DNA of 64,000 nt from Candidatus Oscillibacter pullicola (lineage in GTDB: Bacteria; Bacillota; Clostridia; Oscillospirales; Oscillospiraceae): the NCBI GenBank assembly GCA_019118935.1, contig DWXY01000023.1, positions 11,356 to 75,355 of the forward strand, read 5' to 3'. Position 1 is the first letter of the stretch; the number at the start of each line of letters is the position of its first letter. Below, in pieces: positions 10,306 to 19,759 of this stretch. Below the pieces are notes generated by a model that saw nothing but the letters and a program-made list of their open reading frames with translations, made no database searches and was not told where the DNA came from. Made by a program: the position numbers and the translations under genes.

Positions 10306-12132
10306 ATGGACACTGAAAAGCAGAAATCGTCCCCGGATGGAACAGTTCCGGTCCGAAAGGCACTGCAGGTCCTGACGGCGGAGGACGTGGCGGCCCTGGA
10401 GGAACTGTGCGGAGACGTCTCCGGCTACTTTTACAAAATGCTGGACTACATGGACCAGCGGGTCCGGGACGGTGTGCGCCAGGGGGAGTTCACGGAGGAG
10501 CAGGCCCGGGCCGACCTGGACCTGGCCCTGTGGTACGCCTATGCCTGCAACAATATCGGCGAGTACGACTACTATTACAAGGCCGCCCAGTGGATGCCAG
10601 CCTCGGAGATGGCGGCAGCGGCGGCCAAGAGCGGCATCTGGTACTACCGTTACGCCTGCGCCCTGATGTACTGCGGCTGGCTGGAGGAGGCCCGGCATTA
10701 CGCGGAGGCCGGCGTGGCCCTGGACCCGGAGTATCCCTGGGGCTGGCTGGAGACCGGCAAGCTCCGGGCCCACTTCGGCGATGCGTCCGGCGCTCTGGAG
10801 GCGGTGGACCGAGGGCTGGCGCTGGTGCCCGGGGACTACGAGTTCACCACCCTCCGCCGGGAGATTCAGGAGGGCCGGACTCTGGAGGAGATGGAGTTCC
10901 ACTGGATCGACCCGGCGTGTGACGCGGTCCTGCAGGCCGGCGGAGACGAAAACGAGGCGGAAAAGCGGCTGTCCATCGCCGGGATCTGCTGCGACCGGGA
11001 GAATCTCGCCGCCATTAAGGCCGCCCTCTCCCCCACGGAGTGGGAGGCGGACGCCCCCTACTGCACCTTCCAGATCCCCTATCAGGGAGGCAGCCTCACC
11101 GGCCGGTTCTTCCTGAATGAGGCGGCGCTGTCCAAGGTGCCGCTCCCCTGGGTGCGGGAGCTGGTGCGGCGGCTGCCGGAGCTGGACCGCCGGGGCAGGA
11201 CCTTTCTGTCCGCCCAGGCGGGACTGGGGACGGAGGACCTGGCCCTCCAGTGGTTCGCGGTCCAGCCGGACCGGGTGCTGCGGCTGTGCTACGGCCGGGA
11301 ACAGGAGCAGCAGATCGTCCTCTTTGACGAAGGCTTCTCCCTGTGCAAGGAACATCAGCCCGCCCTGGCCAGGCCGGAGGGCGGCGCCTTCCTGGCCTTT
11401 GTCCTGCTGGAAGCGCCCGCCTGGGACCCGGACCAGTTCCGCCGGGATCTGCGGGACCTGTACGGCATCCCCTGCCTCACAGAGGCGGAGGAATCCGAAG
11501 ACGGCGGCAGCACCCTGACCTTTGAGGTCAGCGGAATGCTGGCGGCGGTGTGCCTGTACCCATTCCCCGTGCCCCACGGCGAGGCGGAGGAAAACGCCGC
11601 CCACAACTACCTGTGGCCGGAGGCGGTGGAATCTGCCGCCCGCCACCGGGGCCAGCTGCTGGTGACCGTCCTGCCCCGGGAGCAGTCCGCCCGGGAGGCG
11701 GCCATGCTCCAGGTGAAGCTGGTGTGCACCGCCTGCCGCCAGCGCGGCGCGCTGGGCGTCTACGCCAACGGCACCGTGTACCAGCCGGAGTTCTATCTCA
11801 ACGCGGCCCAGCCCATGGAGGACGGGGAGCTGCCCCTGCTGGATCTGGTGTGGATGGGGCTCTACCGCCGGGAAGCGGGCCTGTGCGGCTACACCGACGG
11901 CCTTGCGGCCTTCGGCAAGGAGGAGATGGAGGTGCTGGACACCCAGGCCGCCCCCGGCGACCTGCACAGCTTCCTGCTGGATCTGACCAGCTACGTATTG
12001 GAGGAAGACATCACCTTCCACGACGGGGAGACCATCGGCTTTACCGAGGGGCAGTACCTGCCCATCTCCCGCAGCGCCGGTGTCTGGCACGACGGCATGA
12101 CGCTGAAGATCAGCTATCCGGAGGAGCCGTGA
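10306..12132 (+). CDS. TPR-repeat plus DUF4261-like domain protein (608 aa)
   Basis: AGAAAGGAG RBS; N-terminal TPR-like helices ([21 protein letters not shown]); C-terminus [34 protein letters not shown] resembles DUF4261. Confidence 0.7.
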   Translation: MDTEKQKSSPDGTVPVRKALQVLTAEDVAALEELCGDVSGYFYKMLDYMDQRVRDGVRQGEFTEEQARADLDLALWYAYACNNIGEYDYYYKAAQWMPASEMAAAAAKSGIWYYRYACALMYCGWLEEARHYAEAGVALDPEYPWGWLETGKLRAHFGDASGALEAVDRGLALVPGDYEFTTLRREIQEGRTLEEMEFHWIDPACDAVLQAGGDENEAEKRLSIAGICCDRENLAAIKAALSPTEWEADAPYCTFQIPYQGGSLTGRFFLNEAALSKVPLPWVRELVRRLPELDRRGRTFLSAQAGLGTEDLALQWFAVQPDRVLRLCYGREQEQQIVLFDEGFSLCKEHQPALARPEGGAFLAFVLLEAPAWDPDQFRRDLRDLYGIPCLTEAEESEDGGSTLTFEVSGMLAAVCLYPFPVPHGEAEENAAHNYLWPEAVESAARHRGQLLVTVLPREQSAREAAMLQVKLVCTACRQRGALGVYANGTVYQPEFYLNAAQPMEDGELPLLDLVWMGLYRREAGLCGYTDGLAAFGKEEMEVLDTQAAPGDLHSFLLDLTSYVLEEDITFHDGETIGFTEGQYLPISRSAGVWHDGMTLKISYPEEP

Positions 12133-12150
12133 CCGCTCCGCCGGCATACG

Positions 12151-12186
12151 CAAATGCCCCCGCGGCTTTCACCGCGGGGGCATTTG
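12151..12186. terminator. Bidirectional terminator between convergent genes
   Basis: CAAATGCCCCCGCGG-CTTTCA-CCGCGGGGGCATTTG 15-bp perfect stem. Confidence 0.75.
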
Positions 12187-12471
12187 TCAGCAGCGTTTGC
12201 GCCGCTTCCGCTCCAGGCGGGGATCCCGCCGCTGAAAGGGCTTGTCGATGAGGATGATGTCGTCTCCGATCCGCTGGATGCACTCCCAGGGGATGTAGAA
12301 CTCCTCCCCCCTGCCGAACAGGCCGAAAAAGCGGCCCGGGCCGTAGACAATGATGGCCACCACCTGCCCCTCCGGCACCCGCACGTCCAGGTCTGACACG
12401 TAGCCCAGGCGGCAGCCGTCGCAGACGTTGATGACCTCCTTGCACCGGAAATCCCGGATCCTGCACTGCAC
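12187..12471 (-). CDS. ylmC: YlmC/YmxH family sporulation PRC-barrel protein
   Basis: CKEVINVCDGCRLGYVSDL, IPWECIQRIGDDIILI; GTG start after a GGGGTG RBS. Confidence 0.88.
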   Translation of the reverse strand: MQCRIRDFRCKEVINVCDGCRLGYVSDLDVRVPEGQVVAIIVYGPGRFFGLFGRGEEFYIPWECIQRIGDDIILIDKPFQRRDPRLERKRRKRC

Positions 12472-12561
12472 CGCGCTCACCCCCTGCCCTGAGACTATGC
12501 GGCGGACGGAATGTCCCAACACTGTTTTGTGCAGACGGGCGGAAAGCGACAAAAGCTTCCA

Positions 12562-12590
12562 GTATAGGAAAAAAGCCCTCCGGCCATACT
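12562..12590 (+). promoter_or_regulatory. sigma-F/sigma-G-type forespore promoter of sigG
   Basis: GTATA-N15-GGCCATACT matches the B. subtilis sigma-F consensus GYATA-N15-GGnnAnAHT. Confidence 0.75.
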
Positions 12591-12627
12591 GAACTCATGA
12601 AGTTTCAGGGTTTGAGGGGGCACAGCC

Positions 12628-13398
12628 ATGCAGGGCAAGGTGGAGATCGCAGGCGTCAACACGGCAAAGCTGAAGGTCTTGAAAAACGAGGAGACCATGG
12701 AGCTCCTGCGCCGCACCAAGGCCGGGGACCAGGAGGCCCGCCGGGAGCTGATCGAGGGAAATCTGCGGCTGGTGCTCTCCGTCATCCAGCGCTTCGCCGG
12801 CCGGGGCGAGAACGCCGACGACCTGTTTCAAGTGGGCTGCGTGGGGCTCATCAAGGCCATCGACAACTTTGACATCAATCAGCCGGTGCGGTTTTCCACC
12901 TACGGCGTGCCCATGATTATCGGCGAGATCCGCCGGTATCTCCGGGACAACAGCGCCATCCGGGTGTCCCGCTCCATGCGGGACACGGCCTACAAGGTCC
13001 TGCAGGTCCGGGACAAGTACCTGGCGGAAAACCAGCGGGAGCCCACAGTGGAGCAGATCGCCCAGGAACTGGGTATCCCCCGGGAGGAAGTGGTCTTCGC
13101 CATGGACGCCATCGTGGACCCGGTGTCGCTGTACGAGCCGGTTTACTCCGACGGCGGCGACGCCATCTGCGTCATGGACCAGGTCAGCGACACCCGGAAC
13201 ACCGACGAGGCCTGGACGGACCGCATCGCCCTGAAGGAGGCCATGAAGCGGCTGGACGACCGGGAGCGGCGCATCCTCTCCCTGCGGTTCTACGAGGGAA
13301 AGACCCAGATGGAGGTCAGCGCGGAGGTGGGCATCTCCCAGGCCCAGGTCAGCCGGCTGGAGAAGGGCGCCATCAACACCATCAAGAAAAATATATGA
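12628..13398 (+). CDS. sigG: RNA polymerase sporulation sigma factor G
   Basis: KVEIAGVNTAKLKVLKNEE N-terminus characteristic of SigG; DDLFQVGCVGLIKAIDNF, QAQVSRLEK. Confidence 0.93.
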   Translation: MQGKVEIAGVNTAKLKVLKNEETMELLRRTKAGDQEARRELIEGNLRLVLSVIQRFAGRGENADDLFQVGCVGLIKAIDNFDINQPVRFSTYGVPMIIGEIRRYLRDNSAIRVSRSMRDTAYKVLQVRDKYLAENQREPTVEQIAQELGIPREEVVFAMDAIVDPVSLYEPVYSDGGDAICVMDQVSDTRNTDEAWTDRIALKEAMKRLDDRERRILSLRFYEGKTQMEVSAEVGISQAQVSRLEKGAINTIKKNI

Positions 13399-13402
13399 GC
13401 AG

Positions 13403-13426
13403 GCGGGGCCGGGAAACCGGCCCCGC
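13403..13426. terminator. Hairpin terminator after sigG
   Basis: GCGGGGCCGG-GAAA-CCGGCCCCGC between convergent genes. Confidence 0.65.
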
Positions 13427-13433
13427 TGTCTGC

Positions 13434-15065
13434 TTACGTCTCTGAGGCTTCTGTCGTCTCCATCGGTGAGATCCCGGTAAAGAAGTTCCCGCCATCCGAC
13501 AAAGTGAACGTCTCGGACAGGTCCGCGGCGCTCTGGCCGGCTTCTCCGCCGCCGGGGCCGCGGCCGCCTGCGGGCGGTTCCGCGCCGTCAGGTGTGGTCT
13601 CCCCATCCGCCGGGCGCTCCGGGTGGTCCGCCGGGGCCTCTCCGCCAGCGTTCTCCGGCGCCTCGCCCTCCGGGCGCTGGGGGCGCTCTCCCTCCGGAGG
13701 CATCCCGCCCTCCGGCGCCTGCCGGGGATCGAAGTCCGCGGGGGGCTCCCCACCGTCCATGGGCCGTCCGCCGCCGGGGCCGCCCATGCCGTCGGACGCG
13801 CTGCCGGCCAGCTGGGTGTCTCCCTGCCACAGGGTGTAGTCCCCTGCCGTCAGGTCCGGGGAGGACACCACCAGGCAGGTGAAGTCGTTTACCGGCGTCC
13901 AGGTGCCCACGGTCTCCCCGTCGGCGTTTTGCAGGGTATAGGTCTGGCCGCCGCTCTGCCGGGATGCGAAGGAGAACACCACATAGTTCTGGGCCCCGCC
14001 GTCGATTTGGTCATACATATTGCCGGAGGCCGTTACCGTGCCGCCGTTGATGGTGATGCCCATGGTGGCGTCGATGCCCGCGTCCCCGCTGCCGGAGCAG
14101 GCCGCGGCGGTGACAGCGCCGCCGTTGATCACCAGCCAGCCGTTGGAGTCGATGCCGTCGCCTTCGCCGGTCTCGCCGGTGACCTGGATGTTCACGGAGC
14201 CGCCGTTGACGGTGGTGACGGATACGTTGTCCTCATTGGTGTTGATGCCGTCATTGCCGGAGGTGATGTTGATGGTGCCGCCGTTGATGGTGAGGTGCAG
14301 CTCCGTGTCCAGCCCCTCGTTGTCGGCGGTGATGTTCAGCACACCGGTGCCGGCCTCTCCCCCGTCCACATTCATGGACATCTTAGAGTAGAAGGCGCCG
14401 TCGTATTTGTGGAGCTTGTCGCTGTCCTCCACGGTTGTGCCGTCCTCGCTGAGCACCACGCTGTCCGGGTCGTAGATCCGGGCCACATAGGAGCCGGTGA
14501 CGTTGTTGATGGTGCCGTCGGCGATGAGGACATTGGCACCGGCGGCGGAGGTGTCCACGGTCTCCGAGGCGGTGTCCTCGTCCGCGCTGCCGCACTCATA
14601 GACGTTGTAGAAAATCACCGCCGGGGCCACGGTACAGGTGATGTCCACGCCGTTCAGGATCAGCGTCACCACCGCCGCCGGGTCCTCCTCCGCATCCTCC
14701 CCCAGGTCCACGGCGATCTGCCCTGCGGACAGGGTGCCGCTGAGGGCGTAGGTGCCGGGTTGTGTGATGTGGACCACCGTGTGGGCCTCCGCCTCTTCGG
14801 CGGTGTGCTCGTCGGCTTCCGTGCCCTCGCCGTAGGTGAAGTCGCGGCCGGATTCATAGCAGACAATGTCATGGGCCGTGTAGACGGCGGCCGTCTCGTC
14901 CGCGGAGACCGCCTCCCCGTCCACAGTAATGCCGTCGTCCGAGAGGACGATGGAAACAGTATCCGGGAATTCCTGCGCGGCCGTCTCGCGGCCCTGCGCG
15001 CCGCAGCCGGAGAGTGCGGCCGCAGCCACCGCCAGCCCCAGGAAGAGAGAAGCAATTCGTTTCAT
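13434..15065 (-). CDS. Carbohydrate-binding domain lipoprotein (DUF4353/Cthe_2159-like beta-helix)
   Basis: Lipobox LSGC, ITQPGTYALSG, repeated ITINGG/GDGIDSNG strands, G/P/E-rich C-terminal tail. Confidence 0.75.
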   Translation of the reverse strand: MKRIASLFLGLAVAAAALSGCGAQGRETAAQEFPDTVSIVLSDDGITVDGEAVSADETAAVYTAHDIVCYESGRDFTYGEGTEADEHTAEEAEAHTVVHITQPGTYALSGTLSAGQIAVDLGEDAEEDPAAVVTLILNGVDITCTVAPAVIFYNVYECGSADEDTASETVDTSAAGANVLIADGTINNVTGSYVARIYDPDSVVLSEDGTTVEDSDKLHKYDGAFYSKMSMNVDGGEAGTGVLNITADNEGLDTELHLTINGGTINITSGNDGINTNEDNVSVTTVNGGSVNIQVTGETGEGDGIDSNGWLVINGGAVTAAACSGSGDAGIDATMGITINGGTVTASGNMYDQIDGGAQNYVVFSFASRQSGGQTYTLQNADGETVGTWTPVNDFTCLVVSSPDLTAGDYTLWQGDTQLAGSASDGMGGPGGGRPMDGGEPPADFDPRQAPEGGMPPEGERPQRPEGEAPENAGGEAPADHPERPADGETTPDGAEPPAGGRGPGGGEAGQSAADLSETFTLSDGGNFFTGISPMETTEASET

Positions 15066-15208
15066 CGCAGCAAATCCTTTCCGTCAAGATGGAGGCAGTC
15101 TATCATGGATTTCTGAATTTTCGCTGAAAAAAGAACGAAAAAAATTGACCTTTTCACAGGTTCGGAGTAAGCTGAAAGCAAGTGATCAAAAACGAGGAGA
15201 CCGCACAC

Positions 15209-15619
15209 ATGGACTACAAAAAGCTCAGAGACACCCGGAACAGCTCCAACCCCTTCGCCCGGCGGCTGGGGATCTTTGTGGAGGAGATCGGCCCCGGCTA
15301 CGCCCGGGCGGTAAAGGACATCACGGCGGAGGACGCCAACCCCGTGGGGGTTGCCCACGGGGGCTGCTACTTCTCCCTGGCAGACACGGCCTGCGGCTCC
15401 GCCATGGCCTCCCACGGATATTACGCCGTGACGGTGAACGCCTCCTACAACTTCCTCCGCAGCGCCAAGCTGGGGGACCATCTGGTGGCGGAGGCCCGGG
15501 AGACCAAGCCCGGCCGGACCCTCTGCTTTTACGAGGTGGAGATCCGGGACCAGGCGGGGACGCTGCTGGGGAACGGGTCCCTCACCTTCTACAAGCTGGA
15601 CCGGGAGATCCCGCTGTGA
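15209..15619 (+). CDS. PaaI family thioesterase
   Basis: NPVGVAHGGCYFSLADTACG hotdog motif; GAGGAG RBS. Confidence 0.9.
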   Translation: MDYKKLRDTRNSSNPFARRLGIFVEEIGPGYARAVKDITAEDANPVGVAHGGCYFSLADTACGSAMASHGYYAVTVNASYNFLRSAKLGDHLVAEARETKPGRTLCFYEVEIRDQAGTLLGNGSLTFYKLDREIPL

Positions 15620-15623
15620 GAAG

Positions 15624-15665
15624 AGCAGACAAAAAGACCGCCTTTCGGCGGTCTTTTTGTCTGCT
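15624..15665. terminator. Bidirectional terminator
   Basis: 19-bp perfect stem AGCAGACAAAAAGACCGCC-TTTC-GGCGGTCTTTTTGTCTGCT between the thioesterase and glnS. Confidence 0.85.
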
Positions 15666-17362
15666 TATTTCTTGAAGCTGTCCTTCAGGCTCACGGAGCG
15701 GTTGAACACCAGATGGCCGGGCTTGGAGTCCTTGCTGTCCAGGCAGAAGTAGCCCAGGCGCATGAACTGGAAGCTGGCGGGAGCCGCGGCATCCGCCAGA
15801 GACGGCTCCACCTTGCAGCCGGTGAGGACCTCCAGGGAGTTGGGGTTCAGGCACTCCAGGAAGTTCTTGTCGGCGGCGTCCGGGTCCGCGTCGGTGAACA
15901 GGTTGTCGTAGAGGCGCACCTCCGCGTCGATAGCGGTGGCGGCGTCCACCCAGTGGATGGTGGCGCCCTTCACCTTCCGGCCGTCGGCGGGGTCGCCGCC
16001 CCGGCTCTCCGGGTCATACTCCGCCAGCACCTCCGTGACATTGCCGTTGTCGTCCTTCACGCAGCCGGTGCAGCGGATGAGATAGGCCCCTTTCAGGCGG
16101 CACTCCGGGCCGTTGGGGTAGAGCCGCTTGTACTTGGGCACCGGGATCTCCAGAAAGTCGTCGGACTCGATCCAGAGGTTGCGGGAGAAGGCGATCTCCC
16201 GGGTGCCGGCGGCGGGGTCCAGGGGGTTGTTCTCCACGGTGACGGTCTCGCTTTTCCCCTCCGGATAGTTGGTGATGGTCAGCTTGATGGGCCGGATCAC
16301 CGCCATGGTCCGCTGGGCGGTCTCGTTCAGGTCCTCCCGCAGGCAGTGCTCCAGGAAGCCGTACTCCACCACGTTGGCGGACTTGGCCACGCCGATCCGC
16401 TCGCAGAAGTTCCGGATGGACCGGGGGGTGTAGCCCCGGCGGCGCAGGCCGCAGAGGGTGGGCATCCGGGGATCGTCCCAGCCGGAGACCCGGCCCTCCT
16501 CCACCAGCTTGCGGAGCTTGCGCTTGGAGAGCACCGTGTGGTCGATGCCCAGGCGGGCGAACTCGATCTGCCGGGGATGACTGGGCAGGTCGCAGTGCTC
16601 CACCACCCAATTGTACAGGGGGCGGTGGTTCTCAAACTCCAGGGAGCACAGGGAATGGGTGATGCCCTCCAGGGCGTCCTGGATGGGGTGGGCGAAGTCG
16701 TACATGGGATAGATGCACCACTTGTTCCCCTGCCGGTGGTGGGGCAGATAGTTGATCCGGTAGAGCACCGGGTCCCGCATATTGAAGTTGCCGCTCTCCA
16801 GGTCGATCTTGGCCCGCAGGGTGTACTTGCCCTCCGGGAACTCGCCGTTCTTCATCCGCTCGAACAGGTCCAGGCTCTCCTCGATGGGCCGGTCCCGCCA
16901 GGGGGAGCGGGCGGGGGTGGTGGTGTCGCCCCGGTACTCCTTGAACTGCTCCGGCGTCAGCTCGCAGACGTAGGCCAGGCCCTTTTTGATGAGGCCCACC
17001 GCCTGGCGGTAGTCCTCCTCAAAGTAATCCGAGCCGTAGAAGAACCGGTCGCCCCAGTCAAAGCCCAGCCAGTGGATGTCCTCCTTGATGGCGTCCACGA
17101 ATTCCTCGTCCTCTTTGGTGGGGTTCGTGTCGTCCATCCGCAGGTTGCACAGGCCGCCGAATTTCTCCGCCGTGCCGAAGTCGATGGTCAGCGCCTTGCA
17201 GTGCCCGATGTGCAGGTAGCCGTTAGGCTCCGGCGGGAACCGGGTGTGGACGGTCATCCCCTCGAACTGGCCGCCGGGGCCGATGTCCTCCTCAATGAAA
17301 GCGTGGATAAAGTTCCGGCTCTCCGGCGCCTCGTCCTGCGTCAGCTTGATATCCTCTGCCAT
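15665..17362 (-). CDS. glnS: Glutamine--tRNA ligase
   Basis: RFPPEPNGYLHIGHCK (HIGH), LSKRKL, DDPRMPTLCGLRRRG, FQFMRLGYFC. Confidence 0.96.
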   Translation of the reverse strand: MAEDIKLTQDEAPESRNFIHAFIEEDIGPGGQFEGMTVHTRFPPEPNGYLHIGHCKALTIDFGTAEKFGGLCNLRMDDTNPTKEDEEFVDAIKEDIHWLGFDWGDRFFYGSDYFEEDYRQAVGLIKKGLAYVCELTPEQFKEYRGDTTTPARSPWRDRPIEESLDLFERMKNGEFPEGKYTLRAKIDLESGNFNMRDPVLYRINYLPHHRQGNKWCIYPMYDFAHPIQDALEGITHSLCSLEFENHRPLYNWVVEHCDLPSHPRQIEFARLGIDHTVLSKRKLRKLVEEGRVSGWDDPRMPTLCGLRRRGYTPRSIRNFCERIGVAKSANVVEYGFLEHCLREDLNETAQRTMAVIRPIKLTITNYPEGKSETVTVENNPLDPAAGTREIAFSRNLWIESDDFLEIPVPKYKRLYPNGPECRLKGAYLIRCTGCVKDDNGNVTEVLAEYDPESRGGDPADGRKVKGATIHWVDAATAIDAEVRLYDNLFTDADPDAADKNFLECLNPNSLEVLTGCKVEPSLADAAAPASFQFMRLGYFCLDSKDSKPGHLVFNRSVSLKDSFKK

Positions 17363-17423
17363 GCGCTGTCATTCCTCCCTCTCGCGCAGTGTGTCGTTGG
17401 TATGCGTACACGTTAGGATATTT

Positions 17424-17452
17424 ATTATACAAAATCTGACTGGGAAATGCAA
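17424..17452 (-). promoter_or_regulatory. sigma-A promoter of glnS
   Basis: TTGCAT-N17-TATAAT. Confidence 0.75.
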
Positions 17453-17718
17453 TACGTTGTTTTGGACGGCCATTGGCAGCATGCGGACAGCAAAGAATGA
17501 TCTGTATGCGGGAATATGTCAAAAGCTATCACACATTCACAAAACGGAGATTGACCCGTCCCCAATGCGGCAAAACCGAGATGTGCCGGCACCGCATCAT
17601 AAGACCGACCTGACGCGGGCAGCGCCTTTGACGAACCGGCAGGACAGTTGCGTTCTTCCGCCGGATCTGGTACGATACGAAAAAGGGCCGGCGTCTCCGG
17701 CGGAAAGAGAGCGTCTGT

Positions 17719-18468
17719 ATGGAACCGGGATTCATCGACCTGACGGCGGAAAACATCGCCGATCAGCACCTGTGCTGCATCATCCGCAGCAAAAAGCCCC
17801 ACCCCGGCGTGGAAGCCAAGCGCCGGTGGCTGGCGGACCGGCTGCCGGAGGGGCACATCTTCCGGAAGCTGGATGTCAAGGAAAAAGTCTTTATCGAGTA
17901 CGCCCCTTTGGAGACGGCCTGGGTCCCCGTGGAGGGGGACAACTACCTGTACCTCTACTGTCTCTGGGTCGCCGGTGCATACAAGGGAAAGGGGTACGGC
18001 CGGGCGCTGATGGAGCACTGCCTGGCGGATGCCCGGGACCGGGGAAAATCCGGCGTCTGCATGCTGGGGGCGGAGAAACAGAAGGCCTGGCTCTCCGACC
18101 AGTCCTTCGCCCGGAGGTACGGCTTTGAGACGGCGGATGAGACGGACTACGGCTACACCCTGCTGGCCCGATCCTTCGACGGCACCCTCCCCCGCTTCAC
18201 GGACCGGTCCAGGGCGGGGACCATCGAGGAAAAGGAGCTGACGGTCTATTACAGTGACCAGTGCCCCTATGCGGCCAACAGCTTGGAGATCGTCCGGCAG
18301 GTGTGTGGAGAGGCCGGGGCGCCGTATTCTCTGGTGCCTGTGGACACATTGGAGAAGGCCAAGGCCCTTCCCTGCGTGTTCAACAACTACGCCGTGTTTT
18401 ACGGCGGTGCCTTCCAGACGGTGAACCTGCTGGACGCCGCTTCTCTGCGGCGGCTGCTGAAGCGGTGA
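17719..18468 (+). CDS. GNAT acetyltransferase with YoaP domain
   Basis: HLCCII, FIEYAPLETAW, CLWVAGAYKGKGYG, QCPY, PCVFNNYAVFY. Confidence 0.85.
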   Translation: MEPGFIDLTAENIADQHLCCIIRSKKPHPGVEAKRRWLADRLPEGHIFRKLDVKEKVFIEYAPLETAWVPVEGDNYLYLYCLWVAGAYKGKGYGRALMEHCLADARDRGKSGVCMLGAEKQKAWLSDQSFARRYGFETADETDYGYTLLARSFDGTLPRFTDRSRAGTIEEKELTVYYSDQCPYAANSLEIVRQVCGEAGAPYSLVPVDTLEKAKALPCVFNNYAVFYGGAFQTVNLLDAASLRRLLKR

Positions 18469-18566
18469 AACCGCCCTTTTCCGCCGCCGCAACCGATTGT
18501 TGCCGGATAGTTGGTAGTCAAAGGAGCTGGATTCTGGTAACATAAAGGCTGAAAGGAGGTGGGGCC

Positions 18567-19325
18567 ATGACTACGCTGGGTCAGCGGATCAAGGAACACC
18601 GCCGGCGGGCAGGCATGTCCCAGGAGGCTCTGGCCCGCCGGATGGATGTCAGCCGCCAGGCGGTCACCAAATGGGAGTCCGGCCAGAGCGCCCCCAGCAC
18701 GGAGAACCTCTTCCGCCTGGCGGAGCTCTTTGGCACCACGGTGGACCTGCTGCTCCCATCGGAGGGGGCGGACGTCCCTGCGGCGGAGGCACCTCCACCA
18801 CCGTGCTCCTGGAGCCGCTGGCGCCCCCGGGTCCTGGCGGCTCTGGCGGTGACCGCGGGGTATCTTGTCTTTTACCTGCTGGGCCGCATCCTCTGGTGCC
18901 CCCTGGAGGGCAGCTCCCTGCTGGGCTGGCTGCTGTGGGAGCGGCCCAGCGGCGGCGAGAGCTATCTCTACGGCTGGCTCCTCAGCAGCGGTCTCTTCTG
19001 GTGGGCCATGGCCCTCTCCGCCCTGACGGCGCTGCTGGGGCGGTACCGGCTCTCCTGCACCACCTGCGCCTATTTTCTCATCGGATTTTTGATGGGGCTG
19101 GTTCTGGGGCCCCACCTGGCGGGAGCGGCCATGGGACACGGCCACTACGGCTGGGCCTTCTGGGGCTGCATCTATCTGCTTTCCCTCCCCATGGGGCTGC
19201 TGGCGGAACGGGCGGGACGGAAGGGCGTGACGCGCGCTTCCCGCCGGGGGCGGCTGCTGGCGGCGGGACTGGTCCTGTGCCCGCTCCTGTCCGCCGTTCT
19301 GGTGGCGCTGGCAAAGGCGCCCTGA
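18567..19325 (+). CDS. XRE-family HTH regulator fused to a multi-TM domain
   Basis: LGQRIKEHRRRAGMSQEALA...SRQAVTKWESGQSAP, then several hydrophobic segments; AAAGGAGG RBS. Confidence 0.85.
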   Translation: MTTLGQRIKEHRRRAGMSQEALARRMDVSRQAVTKWESGQSAPSTENLFRLAELFGTTVDLLLPSEGADVPAAEAPPPPCSWSRWRPRVLAALAVTAGYLVFYLLGRILWCPLEGSSLLGWLLWERPSGGESYLYGWLLSSGLFWWAMALSALTALLGRYRLSCTTCAYFLIGFLMGLVLGPHLAGAAMGHGHYGWAFWGCIYLLSLPMGLLAERAGRKGVTRASRRGRLLAAGLVLCPLLSAVLVALAKAP

Positions 19326-19337
19326 AATTCGCAAAAA

Positions 19338-19384
19338 GAGTCCGGAGAGAATGCACACCCTGCGTTCTCTCCGGACTCCTTTTT
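19338..19384. terminator. Bidirectional terminator
   Basis: GAGTCCGGAGAGAA...TTCTCTCCGGACTC stem with A/T runs on both sides. Confidence 0.7.
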
Positions 19385-19400
19385 GTGGCCGGACTGCACG

Positions 19401-19649
19401 CTACTCCAGCAGCCAGTCCTCCACCACATCCCGCGCCGCGACGGGCGTCACGCTCCCCCGCATCAGCTTGGACAGCAGTGACAGGATCCCAGACTGCGAG
19501 GCGGTGATCCCCGGGATCTCCGTCCGCTCCCCGCCGCTCTCCACGCGGATGCCGTAGCACTCCCAGAGGGCGTCACGCTCCTCCACCAGCAGAAAGTAGT
19601 CCACCGGTACGCCGCGGCACGGCCTTCTCCCTACCAGGAAGGCCCGCAC
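19401..19649 (-). CDS. DUF6514-like small protein
   Basis: AAGGAGG RBS + GTG; YGIRVE...GITAS...L...SVTPV...DVVEDW resembles DUF6514 (from memory). Confidence 0.65.
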   Translation of the reverse strand: MRAFLVGRRPCRGVPVDYFLLVEERDALWECYGIRVESGGERTEIPGITASQSGILSLLSKLMRGSVTPVAARDVVEDWLLE

Positions 19650-19692
19650 CTCGATTTCCTCCTTCTGTCTGTTGTCACACACGGACGAAAAA

Positions 19693-19736
19693 ATTGTAGC
19701 ACCGCCGTTTTGGGGAATGCCGTCGAACCCTGTCGA
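19693..19736 (-). promoter_or_regulatory. Promoter with tandem Spo0A boxes
   Basis: Extended -10 TGcTACAAT; 0A boxes CGTCGAA (19720-19726) and TGTCGAA (19730-19736) in place of a -35. Confidence 0.6.
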
Positions 19737-19759
19737 ACGCCCGGCTTCCCCCGGCTTTT

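Noticed and set aside
9985-12153. N-terminal ~720-aa extension of the 969-aa rpsB ORF
   Set aside because: Antisense to the TPR/DUF4261 gene and runs across the rpsB promoter and leader; S2 starts at 9984
12490-12530. sigma-E/sigma-K promoter for ylmC (CATAGTCT on the minus strand)
   Set aside because: A -10-like box is present but there is no acceptable -35 at the right spacing
13500-13800. G/P/E-rich quasi-repeats in the DUF4353 gene
   Set aside because: Ordinary low-complexity protein linker, not a DNA repeat array
17460-17715. Possible ncRNA or small ORF between glnS and the YoaP gene
   Set aside because: No convincing structure, RBS-supported ORF or similarity to the other repeats
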